Shown one piece after another: positions 16,429-25,184 of a stretch of DNA of 63,168 nucleotides. The stretch comes from Rhodospirillaceae bacterium (GTDB lineage Bacteria; Pseudomonadota; Alphaproteobacteria; UBA828). The notes under the pieces are model-generated. The model was not told the origin of the DNA and did no database searches. It saw only the letters and a list, made by a program, of their open reading frames with translations. The translations under genes and the position numbers were made by a program. Every line of letters starts with the position of its first letter. Position 1 is the first letter of the stretch. Location: positions 1-63,168 of the forward strand of contig JABIXB010000135.1 in the NCBI GenBank assembly GCA_018666805.1. The letters are read 5' to 3'.

Positions 16429-17736
16429 ATGGCGAAAGACCTGGCGAAAATCGCCAAGGAGCGGAAGCTCGAATATTTTCTAATCAGTTTCGTCGATTAT
16501 TTCGGCAATTTGCGCGCCAAGCTGGTGCCGGCGGCGGCGATCGGCGGCATGCAGAAGAACGGCGCCGGATTTGCCGCCTTTGCCGCCTGGCTCGACAGCA
16601 CCCCGGCCGATCCGGACATGCTGGTCGTTCCCGATGCCGACAGCCTGGTTATTCTGCCGTGGAAGAAAGAAGTCGGCTGGCTCGCCGGCGATTGCTGGAT
16701 GGGCGGCGCCGAGATGGCCGATACGCCGCGCGTCATGCTCAAGAACCAGCTTAAGAAAGCGCGCAAAAAGGGCTACCGCCTGAAGACCGGCGTCGAGGCG
16801 GAGTTTTTCCTGCTCAGCCCGGACGGCACGGAATTGTCCGATCCGCTCGATATCCAGGGCAAGCCCTGTTACGACCAGTCGGCCCTGATGCGGCGCTATG
16901 ACGTTATTCGCGAAATCTGCGATTGCATGGCCGGGCTCGGCTGGGGGCCTTACCAAAACGACCACGAAGATGCCAATGGCCAGTTCGAGATGAACTGGGA
17001 TTATGACGATGCGTTGAAGACCGCCGACCGTCATGTGTTCTTTAAATTCATGGCCCGGACAATTGCCGAAAATAACGGCATGCGCGCCACCTTCATGCCC
17101 AAGCCCTTCGCCAACCTCACCGGCAATGGCTGTCATGCGCATGTCTCAATGTGGGACAAGACGGGCAAGAAGAATCACTTCTATGACGCCAAGGGCGAGC
17201 TCGGCCTTTCCAAAATGGCCTATCATTTCATCGCCGGCGTGCTCCATTCCGCCGATGCCCTGTGCTCGATCTGGAATCCGAGCGTCAACAGCTATAAGCG
17301 CATCAACGCGCCGGTCACGTCATCCGGCGCCACCTGGTCGCCCAATTCCATTGCATATGGCGGCAACAACCGCTCGACCATGGTGCGCATTCCCGATACC
17401 GGGCGGGTCGAACTGCGCCTGATGGATGGCGCCGCCAACCCCTATCTGCTGCAGGCCGGCATTCTGGTCGCCGGCCTCGACGGCATCGCCAACAAGCGCG
17501 ACCCCGGCAAGCGCATCGATCTCAATCTCTATGCTGAGGGCCACAAGGTCAAAGGCTTGCGCAAGCTGCCGCTCAACCTGCTCGACGCCATCCGCCTAAC
17601 GGAGAAAAGCAAGGTGCTGCGCGATGGCTTTGGCGATTCCTTCGTGAAGAGCTACGTCAAGTTGAAGCATAGTCAGTGGGACGACTATGCCGGCTCGCTC
17701 TCGCAGTGGGAGCGCGACAACACGCTCGATTGCTAG
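16429..17736 (+). CDS. Glutamine-synthetase-family enzyme, about 435 aa (gamma-glutamylmethylamide synthetase GmaS / GlnT type)
   Basis: GS catalytic-domain motifs (GVEAEFFL, HEDANGQFE, TFMPKP, NGCHAHVS, NRSTMVRIP...RVELR). The size and the linkage to the Mgs/Glx genes also fit. Confidence 0.85.
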   Translation: MAKDLAKIAKERKLEYFLISFVDYFGNLRAKLVPAAAIGGMQKNGAGFAAFAAWLDSTPADPDMLVVPDADSLVILPWKKEVGWLAGDCWMGGAEMADTPRVMLKNQLKKARKKGYRLKTGVEAEFFLLSPDGTELSDPLDIQGKPCYDQSALMRRYDVIREICDCMAGLGWGPYQNDHEDANGQFEMNWDYDDALKTADRHVFFKFMARTIAENNGMRATFMPKPFANLTGNGCHAHVSMWDKTGKKNHFYDAKGELGLSKMAYHFIAGVLHSADALCSIWNPSVNSYKRINAPVTSSGATWSPNSIAYGGNNRSTMVRIPDTGRVELRLMDGAANPYLLQAGILVAGLDGIANKRDPGKRIDLNLYAEGHKVKGLRKLPLNLLDAIRLTEKSKVLRDGFGDSFVKSYVKLKHSQWDDYAGSLSQWERDNTLDC

Positions 17737-18401
17737 GCGTTCGAGGCTTCGACGGCGGCGAAGAATGAGCTGAGCTTTTCGCCGTCGAGCCTGTCGTCGG
17801 TGCGCACGCTGCTGCAGAGGTCAACGCCGAAAGGTTGAACCTGCGCGATGGCTTCGCCGACATTTTCTGGCCTGAGACCGCCGGCGAGAAAGACCGGAAT
17901 ATCGAGCGCTTCGACAATGGCGCGGCTCAAGGACCAGTCATGCACCCGCCCGGTGCCGCCGAGTTCCTTGACCTCCAGTGTTGGGTTGCCAGAATCGAGC
18001 AGCACCGCCGAAACCTCGCCCGCCACGGCACGCGCTTCGGCGACCGATTCTTCGCCTCTGACATGGACCACCTGCACCAGCGCCACGCCCGGCAGGGCAT
18101 CGCGCAGGTGGGCGTATTCGCTATGCGGCAGGGCATCGACGATTTGAATCGTATTCACATGGCAGCGGTTCTGCTGGGCAATAATTTCATCGGCCGAAAG
18201 CGCGCTGGTGAGGAGAAAGGTGCCGATGGCGGGCGGCGCGGCGCGTGCGATATCGCCAATCAAAGCCTCATTGATGACGCCCGGACCGCTCGGCATGTTC
18301 GACACCAGGCCAAGCGCATCGGCGCCATGCGAGACAGCGAGACGCGCCTCCTCCAAGCTTGAGATACAACATATTTTTACCCGCGTGCGCGCCATGACCA
18401 A
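17733..18401 (-). CDS. Phosphoribosylanthranilate isomerase family protein (TrpF paralogue)
   Basis: Contains RVKICCISSLEEA, GADALGLV, VLLDSG...GGTGRVHDW, FLAGGLRPENV and PFGVDLCSSV. The start is 3 nt after the deoB stop. Confidence 0.75.
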   Translation of the reverse strand: MVMARTRVKICCISSLEEARLAVSHGADALGLVSNMPSGPGVINEALIGDIARAAPPAIGTFLLTSALSADEIIAQQNRCHVNTIQIVDALPHSEYAHLRDALPGVALVQVVHVRGEESVAEARAVAGEVSAVLLDSGNPTLEVKELGGTGRVHDWSLSRAIVEALDIPVFLAGGLRPENVGEAIAQVQPFGVDLCSSVRTDDRLDGEKLSSFFAAVEASNA

Positions 18402-18404
18402 TAT

Positions 18405-19589
18405 CTACACCGAAATCTCATTGAGGAAAGAGCGGCCATTGGCGAGCGCCGCCAAGCCGAGATGGCCGGCGAGCGTCTGGCCGATATCGGCAAAGCTGTC
18501 GCGCACCCCCAGCGCGACGGGCTGAACGCCGGGGCCGAAAGCCAGCACCGGCACATTCTCGCGCGTATGATCCGTGCCGGGCCAGGTCGGGTCGCAGCCA
18601 TGGTCCGCCGTGATGATGGCGAGATCGCCGGGGCGTAGGCAGACCTCGAAGCTGGGCAACGCCTGGTCGAAAGCTTCGAGCGCGTCGGCATAGCCGGCGA
18701 TATCGCGGCGGTGGCCGTGGAGCATGTCGAAATCGACAAAATTGGTGAGCGCCAGGAGGTTCTCTTCATCGCCACCGGCGACGCCCAAGGTTTTCTGCCA
18801 CAGCGCCGCATTGCCGTTCGCCTTGACGATCTCGCCGGTGCCTTGATGGGCGAAGATATCGCCGATCTTGCCGATTGAGACGGTTTTGCCGTCAAAGCGG
18901 TCGAGCAAGGTCGGCTCGGGCGGTGGCAGGGAATAGTCGCGCCGGTTGCCGGTGCGCACATAGCTGCCGGACGGGCCGTCAAACGGCCGCGCGATGACGC
19001 GCCCGACATTATAGGTATCGACCAATTCGCGCGCGATCTCACACAGCTCCAATAAGCGCGCCAGGCCGAAGCTCTCTTCATGCGCGGCGATCTGAAAAAC
19101 CGAATCAGCCGAGGTATAGACAATCGGCTTGCCGCTCTCGACATGAGCATCGCCGAGCTTGGCAATGATCTCCGTGCCTGAGGCATGGCAATTACCAAGC
19201 AGGCCGGGAAGGTCGGCGCGCGCAATCAAGGCGTCGGTGAGGGTCGCGGGGAAGCAGGGCTCTGTCCTGGGAAAATAGCCCCACTCGGTCATCACCGGCA
19301 CACCGGCCATTTCCCAATGGCCGCTCGGCGTATCCTTGCCGAGACTCTTCTCGCGCGCCGCGCCGTAAGCGCCGGATATTTTCCCGCTCGCCGGCAGGCC
19401 GGGCAGCGCTTTGCCACTGCTTAAATGCGCCGCTGCGCCGAGGCCGAGGCGCATCAGGTTGGGGATGTCGAGCGCTCTCGTCGCAGCGATATGGCGCAAC
19501 GTGTCGGCGCCGGCGTCGCCGTATTTTTCCGCATCCGCCGCGCCGCCGATGCCGAGCGAATCCATCACCAGCACAAAGGCGCGGCTCAT
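18405..19589 (-). CDS. deoB: Phosphopentomutase
   Basis: Contains MSRAFVLVMDSLGIGG, DTLRHI, GKDTPSGHWE, TADHGCDPT and HTRE. Confidence 0.9.
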   Translation of the reverse strand: MSRAFVLVMDSLGIGGAADAEKYGDAGADTLRHIAATRALDIPNLMRLGLGAAAHLSSGKALPGLPASGKISGAYGAAREKSLGKDTPSGHWEMAGVPVMTEWGYFPRTEPCFPATLTDALIARADLPGLLGNCHASGTEIIAKLGDAHVESGKPIVYTSADSVFQIAAHEESFGLARLLELCEIARELVDTYNVGRVIARPFDGPSGSYVRTGNRRDYSLPPPEPTLLDRFDGKTVSIGKIGDIFAHQGTGEIVKANGNAALWQKTLGVAGGDEENLLALTNFVDFDMLHGHRRDIAGYADALEAFDQALPSFEVCLRPGDLAIITADHGCDPTWPGTDHTRENVPVLAFGPGVQPVALGVRDSFADIGQTLAGHLGLAALANGRSFLNEISV

Positions 19590-20947
19590 GTTTGATCGAG
19601 GGGCTTGTCGGGTCCGACCCTGCGGCGGACAACCGGTGCTTTGGGCGGCGCTTCGTCGCCAATCGTGAAGGCGGCGCGTATTTCGACAGCGGCGCGGTGC
19701 GCATCCGCCTCCGTGGCGGCATGAACGATACAGAGCGGCCGCTCGGTATCGCTGCGCTCGCCAATGGCGGCGATCTCGCCGAGGCCGACGCTATAATCGA
19801 TATCGTCTTCGGCCCGCCGCCGTCCGCCGCCGAGGCCCATGATGGCGATGCCGAGCGCGCGCGCATCGACCGCCGTCACAACGCCGGGCCGGGTCGGTGC
19901 GGCGGCGCAGATCACCTTGGCTTCGGGTAAATGCTTGGCGCCGCGCGCCATGATATCGGCTGGGCCGCCGAGCTCGGCCACCATGCGGGTAAAATGCTCG
20001 GCTGCCTGGCCCGAGCTTAAGGAATGTTCGGCCTTGGCGCGGCCATCATCGATATCGTTGCTGAGACCGCCGATGGTGAGAATTTCGGCGGCGAGCGACA
20101 TCGTCACTTCATGCAGGCGCGCATCGCGCTTGAGGCCGCTCAGATGGTCGATCGATTCCTGCACCTCGAGCGCGTTGCCGGCGCTCCGTCCAAGCGCCTG
20201 GTTCATGTCGGTGAGAAGCGCGGCGCATGGCAGGCCGGCGCCGTTGGCGACGGAGACGATGCTTTCGGCTAGGCTGTGCGCCTCGTCAAAGGCGCTGGCA
20301 AATGCGCCAGTGCCGTATTTCACGTCCATCACCAAGCCATCGAGGCCGGCGGCAAGTTTCTTGGAGAGGATCGAGGCGGTAATCAAGGAGAGCGATTCGA
20401 CCGTCGCGGTAACGTCGCGGATGGCATAGAGGCGGCCATCCGCTGGGGCCAGTTCCGCCGTCTGGCCGATGATGGCACAGCCGGCCCGTTTAACCGTTCG
20501 CCGCAACGTCTCAAGGTCGGGCGTGGTGTTGTAGCCGGGGATCGAATCAAGCTTGTCGAGGGTGCCGCCCGAATGACCCAGCCCGCGGCCTGAGATCATC
20601 GGCACGGCGGCGCCACAAGCGGCCATCACCGGCGCCAGAATAAGGCTCACCTTGTCGCCGATGCCGCCGGTCGAATGTTTGTCGAGCACCGGGCCGTCGA
20701 AACCCGCATCTGACCAATCGAGCACCGTGCCTGAATGGGTCATGGCGCGGGTCAGCGCGACCCGTTCTTCCATGTTCATGCCGTTGAAAAACACCGCCAT
20801 GGCAAAAGCGCCGATCTGGCTCTCCGAAATCGCGCCGGAGGTCAGGCCGCCGACCATGAATTCGATTTCGGCGTCGCTCAGTACCGCGCCGTCGCGCTTG
20901 TTGCGGATAATTTCCTGCGGGAAGAAGTCGGTTTGGCCCATCGTCAT
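19586..20947 (-). CDS. deoA: Thymidine phosphorylase
   Basis: Contains IIRNKRDG..LS..EI, DKHSTGGIGDK, SGRGLGHSGGTLDKL and DVKYGTGAF. I placed the start at the ATG at 20947, which forms an ATGA overlap with the ALDH stop. Confidence 0.9.
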   Translation of the reverse strand: MTMGQTDFFPQEIIRNKRDGAVLSDAEIEFMVGGLTSGAISESQIGAFAMAVFFNGMNMEERVALTRAMTHSGTVLDWSDAGFDGPVLDKHSTGGIGDKVSLILAPVMAACGAAVPMISGRGLGHSGGTLDKLDSIPGYNTTPDLETLRRTVKRAGCAIIGQTAELAPADGRLYAIRDVTATVESLSLITASILSKKLAAGLDGLVMDVKYGTGAFASAFDEAHSLAESIVSVANGAGLPCAALLTDMNQALGRSAGNALEVQESIDHLSGLKRDARLHEVTMSLAAEILTIGGLSNDIDDGRAKAEHSLSSGQAAEHFTRMVAELGGPADIMARGAKHLPEAKVICAAAPTRPGVVTAVDARALGIAIMGLGGGRRRAEDDIDYSVGLGEIAAIGERSDTERPLCIVHAATEADAHRAAVEIRAAFTIGDEAPPKAPVVRRRVGPDKPLDQT

Positions 20948-23331
20948 TCGCCGTAAGGCGCCCATACATTCTTGACCGCAACCGCGTGGCGCAACACTTC
21001 CCGGCCTTCGCTGTGCTGGGCGCTATGCCAATCCCACCGGCGGCCATGATTGCTCCAGACGCGCTTGAGGTTGCCTGCTGCGGCGCGCTCCACTGCGGCA
21101 CCGCCCGCAGCCGGGCCGAAATACCAAACCGCGGCCACATCATCATGCTCAGCCAAAACTTGCGCCAGTTCGTCACGCCCGCCGGTGACGATGTTGAGAA
21201 CCCCGCCCGGTAGATCGGAGGTATCGAGCACTTGGTAGAGATCAGTGGCGGAGAGCGGATGGCGCTCGGCGGGAATGACAACGACGCGGTTGCCCATCGC
21301 CAGCGCCGGTGCGGCGAGCGAGACTAAAGCGAGCAGCGGATGCTCGTTCGGGCAGGCGATGCCGATCACACCAATGGGCTCATTGAGGGCGAGGGTAATA
21401 CCACGCATGGGCGGCTGGTGCACCGCGCCTTCATATTTATCCGCCCAGGCGGCGGCGCTGAACAGGCGCGAAACGGAAGCGCGGACTTCTTTTGCCGCTT
21501 GTGCGCGCGAAGCGCCGGTCATCGCTATCAGGCGGTCGCGGAATTCGCCGGCGCGGGCTTCGAGATTTTCGCCGATATAGTAGATCACCTGGGCGCGGTT
21601 ATGGGCGCTCGCTTTGCTCCAACCGGCGGCCTTCCCAGCCGCCTCGACCGCCTCGCGCACATCCTTGCGGTTGCCGGCACCGACCTCGCCCAGCAATGCG
21701 CCGTCGGGCGCGAGGACAGGATCGGAATAACCCGAATCCGGGCGCTTCTGCTTGCCGCCGATATAGAGCTTGGCGGTACGGTCGAGCGGCAATTCCGTGC
21801 CGGCGGCCGGCGCGTGTTGCGTTGGTTGAGCGGGCGGCGTTTCAAGCAGTGGTAATTTCGCTTGCCATTCGGGGCGGAGATATTCGACCAACCCCTCGCG
21901 CCCACCTTCGCGGCCGAAACCGGATTCACGCACCCCGCCGAAACCGCAGGCGGCATCGAACAGATTGCTGGCGTTGATCCAGACGCTGCCGCAGGCGAGC
22001 TTGGGCGCGATGTCGAGCGCAAGGTTGATGTTTTCGCTCCACACGCTCGCGGCGAGGCCATAGCGCGTGTTGTTGGCAAGGGCCACGGCTTCCGCCGGTG
22101 TGCGGAATGTCATCGCCACCAGAACGGGGCCGAAGATTTCTTCCTGTACGATCGTCGCGGCAGGCGCGACATCGGTAAACAGCGTCGGCGGATAGAAACA
22201 GCCTTCGCTCGGGCAGGCAGTTTCGGGCTGCCACTTGGTGCCGCCTTCGCGCTCTCCAACTGTAACCAATTCCTCAATACGCGCCAACTGCGTTGGCGAG
22301 ACGATGGCGCCGATATCGATGCCCTTCTGCATCGGGTCGCCGACGATCAGATTTTCCATGCGGGCGCGGATCTTGGCGTAGAACGGCTCGGCGATGCTCT
22401 CCTGCACTAAGAGGCGCGAGCCGGCGCAGCAGACCTGGCCCTGATTGAACCAGATGGCGTCGACCAGACCCTCTACCGCACTGTCGAGGTCGGCATCGTC
22501 AAAAACGATAAAGGGCGATTTGCCGCCGAGTTCGAGCGACAGTTTCTTACCCGAGCCGGCTGTGGCCTCGCGGATTTTCCGCCCGACTTCGGTCGAGCCG
22601 GTGAAGGCGATCTTGTCGATATCGGGGTGCGCGGTAATCAGCTCGCCGGTGGCGCCGTCGCCGGTAATGATATTCACCACGCCGGGCGGCAGGCCGGCTT
22701 CCTGGCACAGCTCGGCAAATAGCAGGGCGCTTAGGCTGGTTTGCTCGGCTGGTTTCAAGACGACTGTGTTGCCGGTCGCGATGGCCGGGGCGATTTTCCA
22801 GGCCAGCATCAGCAGGGGAAAATTCCATGGGATAATCTGCCCGGCGACGCCGAGCGGCGTGTGGTTAGGGAATTCCTGCTCGGTGATCTGGGCCCAGCCG
22901 GCATGGTGATAGAAGTGACGCGCGACAAGCGGGATATCGATATCGCGCGTCTCGCGGATCGGCTTGCCGTTGTCTAGCGTCTCCAACACCGCGAGCAGGC
23001 GGGCATGGCGCTGCACCAGGCGGGCCAGGGCATAGAGATAACGCGCCCGCTTGTGGCCCGAGAGCTTGGCCCAGCCGGTTTGCGCTGCGCGCGCGGCAGC
23101 GACGGCGGCATCGATATCGGCTGCACCGGCCTGGGCGATATGGCCGAGCGGCTGGGCGGTGGCGGGGTTGAAAGTCTCGAAGCTCTGGCCGTCAGCGGCA
23201 GGTCGCCATTCACCACCGATAAAGAGGCCGAATTTCCGCTCATGGCCGTCCAGCCATTTTTCCGCTTCGGCGGCGCTCTCGGCTGCCGGGCCATATTCCA
23301 TGCTGTCGAAGATATCGGCGGTGCTTGTCAT
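20944..23331 (-). CDS. Aldehyde dehydrogenase fused to a C-terminal ALDH-like half-domain (about 795 aa)
   Basis: The N-terminal ~500 aa form a complete ALDH (PWNFPLLM, ELGGKSP, FNQGQVCCAGSR, EEIFGPV). The C-terminal ~290 aa resemble only the NAD-binding half of an ALDH and I saw no catalytic Cys region. Start ATG at 23331 lies 1 nt after the deoC stop. Confidence 0.85.
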   Translation of the reverse strand: MTSTADIFDSMEYGPAAESAAEAEKWLDGHERKFGLFIGGEWRPAADGQSFETFNPATAQPLGHIAQAGAADIDAAVAAARAAQTGWAKLSGHKRARYLYALARLVQRHARLLAVLETLDNGKPIRETRDIDIPLVARHFYHHAGWAQITEQEFPNHTPLGVAGQIIPWNFPLLMLAWKIAPAIATGNTVVLKPAEQTSLSALLFAELCQEAGLPPGVVNIITGDGATGELITAHPDIDKIAFTGSTEVGRKIREATAGSGKKLSLELGGKSPFIVFDDADLDSAVEGLVDAIWFNQGQVCCAGSRLLVQESIAEPFYAKIRARMENLIVGDPMQKGIDIGAIVSPTQLARIEELVTVGEREGGTKWQPETACPSEGCFYPPTLFTDVAPAATIVQEEIFGPVLVAMTFRTPAEAVALANNTRYGLAASVWSENINLALDIAPKLACGSVWINASNLFDAACGFGGVRESGFGREGGREGLVEYLRPEWQAKLPLLETPPAQPTQHAPAAGTELPLDRTAKLYIGGKQKRPDSGYSDPVLAPDGALLGEVGAGNRKDVREAVEAAGKAAGWSKASAHNRAQVIYYIGENLEARAGEFRDRLIAMTGASRAQAAKEVRASVSRLFSAAAWADKYEGAVHQPPMRGITLALNEPIGVIGIACPNEHPLLALVSLAAPALAMGNRVVVIPAERHPLSATDLYQVLDTSDLPGGVLNIVTGGRDELAQVLAEHDDVAAVWYFGPAAGGAAVERAAAGNLKRVWSNHGRRWDWHSAQHSEGREVLRHAVAVKNVWAPYGE

Positions 23332-23332
23332 G

Positions 23333-24343
23333 TCAGGCCATCGGTTGGTGGTGGCGCGCGGCATAGCGCCCGCCGGCGCGGTGCTCAAGCTGGCGTTCGA
23401 TATCGGTTAAGAGGCTGGACGCGCCGATGCGAAACAATTCGGGCTCGAGCCACGGCCGGCCAAGTTCTTCTTTCATCATGAAGAGATAACCGAGCGCCGC
23501 CTTGGCTGTGCTAATGCCGCCAGCCGGTTTAAAGCCAACGCGGCAGCCCGTGCGCTCGCCGTAAGCCCGGATCATGCGCAGCATCACCAGGCTGACTGCC
23601 GGCGTGGCGTTGGTGCTTTCCTTGCCGGTAGAGGTCTTGATGAAATCAGCGCCGGCCATCATGCACACCAGGCTGGCCTTGGCGGTGTTTCTCAGCGTCG
23701 CTAAATCGCCGGTGGCGATGATGGTTTTCAGATGCGCCGCGCCGCAAGCCTCGCGGTAGGCGCGCACTTCGTCATAGAGCGCCTGCCAATCGCCGGTTAA
23801 AACATTGCTGCGATCAATCACGATATCGATCTCGCTCGCCCCGGCGGCGACAGACTCCTCCACTTCGAGAAGGCGCGCGCGCGGCGCGCTGAGGCCAGCG
23901 GGAAATCCGGCCGAGACGGCGGCGATGGGAATGCCGCTGCCGGCAAGTGCTTGCACGGCCGGCGCGATCATGGCGTGATAGACGCAAACCGCGCCGACCT
24001 GGATGCCGAGCTCGCCGGCGCCGAGCGCATCGAGAACTTTTTGCCGCACCGGCTGGCGCGCCTTGGCGCAAAGCCGTTTGACGCGGCCCGGCGTATCGTC
24101 GCCGGAGAGGGTAGTGAGATCGATGCAGGTGAGCGCCTTCAGCAGCCATGCCGTCTGCCATTCTTTTTTGACCGTGCGCCGCGCCGGGATATTGGCCGCG
24201 CGCCGTTCCACCGCGCTGGTATTGATGCGCACCTCTTCCAGCCATTCCGGCTCGAAGGCCATGCCTGGGTTGCGCCCCACCGCATCGCTGCGTGTCGGCA
24301 ATATACTGACATTATCGCTCATCTCCGGCCCAGTTTGCCTCAT
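23333..24343 (-). CDS. deoC: Deoxyribose-phosphate aldolase (long form)
   Basis: Contains CIDLTTLSGDDT, EIDIVI, LKTIIATGDL, FIKTSTGK and GFKPAGGI. TAATG overlap with the PNP stop. Confidence 0.85.
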   Translation of the reverse strand: MRQTGPEMSDNVSILPTRSDAVGRNPGMAFEPEWLEEVRINTSAVERRAANIPARRTVKKEWQTAWLLKALTCIDLTTLSGDDTPGRVKRLCAKARQPVRQKVLDALGAGELGIQVGAVCVYHAMIAPAVQALAGSGIPIAAVSAGFPAGLSAPRARLLEVEESVAAGASEIDIVIDRSNVLTGDWQALYDEVRAYREACGAAHLKTIIATGDLATLRNTAKASLVCMMAGADFIKTSTGKESTNATPAVSLVMLRMIRAYGERTGCRVGFKPAGGISTAKAALGYLFMMKEELGRPWLEPELFRIGASSLLTDIERQLEHRAGGRYAARHHQPMA

Positions 24344-25173
24344 TAGGCCGCGTCCGACGAGAGGCCGGACAAAAATTCCGGCAGCAGGCGGCTTAAGTCT
24401 TTCGCCGCCAAGGCGCCGACCGCGAGAGATTGCTCGTGGCTAAGCTCCTCATCGGTCATGCCGGCGGCGAGATTGGTGAGCGACGAGATCGCCGCGACGC
24501 GCATACCGCAGTGGCGCGCCACCAGACATTCCGGCACGGTCGACATGCCGACCGCGTCCGCGCCCATGGTGCGGAAGGCGCGGATCTCCGCCGGAGTCTC
24601 AAAATTGGGCCCGAGCAGCGCCATATAGACGCCCTCATTAAGGATAATGCCGAGCGCCGTGGCGGCGACCGCAAGGCGGCGGCGCAGCTCCCGGTCATAC
24701 GCTTGGCTCATGTCGAAAAAGCGTTCGCCGAAGCGTTCGTCATTGGCGCCCATCAGCGGATTGACGCCGGTCATGTTGATGTGGTCCGAGAGCATCATCA
24801 GGCTGCCGGGCGGAAACCGCGGGTTGAGGCTGCCGGCGGCGTTGGTGAGGATCAGCGTGTCGCAGCCGGCGAGGCGAAGGGCACGGATCGGCAGGGCCAG
24901 ATCCGCCGCCGGATGGCCCTCATAGAGATGCGCCCGGCCCAGCATGCAGGCGACCTCGACGCCAGCCAATTTACCGAGCATCAGGCGCCCGGCATGGCCC
25001 TCGACGGCGGCGCGCGGAAATCCCGGCAGATCGCCATAGTCGATGATGAAAGGGTGCTCAATCGTCTCGGCCAGAGCGCCGAGGCCGGTGCCAAGCACAA
25101 GTGCGAGGCGGGGTTGGAAGCCGGGTGCTTGTTCGCGGATGACCTCCGCTGCCGCTTGCGGATTATGTGCCAT
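24343..25173 (-). CDS. Purine nucleoside phosphorylase (PunA/inosine-guanosine phosphorylase family)
   Basis: Contains LVLGTGLG, GHAGRL, TNAAGSL, ISDHINMTG-like (LSDHINMTG), GPNFETPAE and VGMSTVPE. Confidence 0.88.
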   Translation of the reverse strand: MAHNPQAAAEVIREQAPGFQPRLALVLGTGLGALAETIEHPFIIDYGDLPGFPRAAVEGHAGRLMLGKLAGVEVACMLGRAHLYEGHPAADLALPIRALRLAGCDTLILTNAAGSLNPRFPPGSLMMLSDHINMTGVNPLMGANDERFGERFFDMSQAYDRELRRRLAVAATALGIILNEGVYMALLGPNFETPAEIRAFRTMGADAVGMSTVPECLVARHCGMRVAAISSLTNLAAGMTDEELSHEQSLAVGALAAKDLSRLLPEFLSGLSSDAA

Positions 25174-25184
25174 TTAATCCTCCC

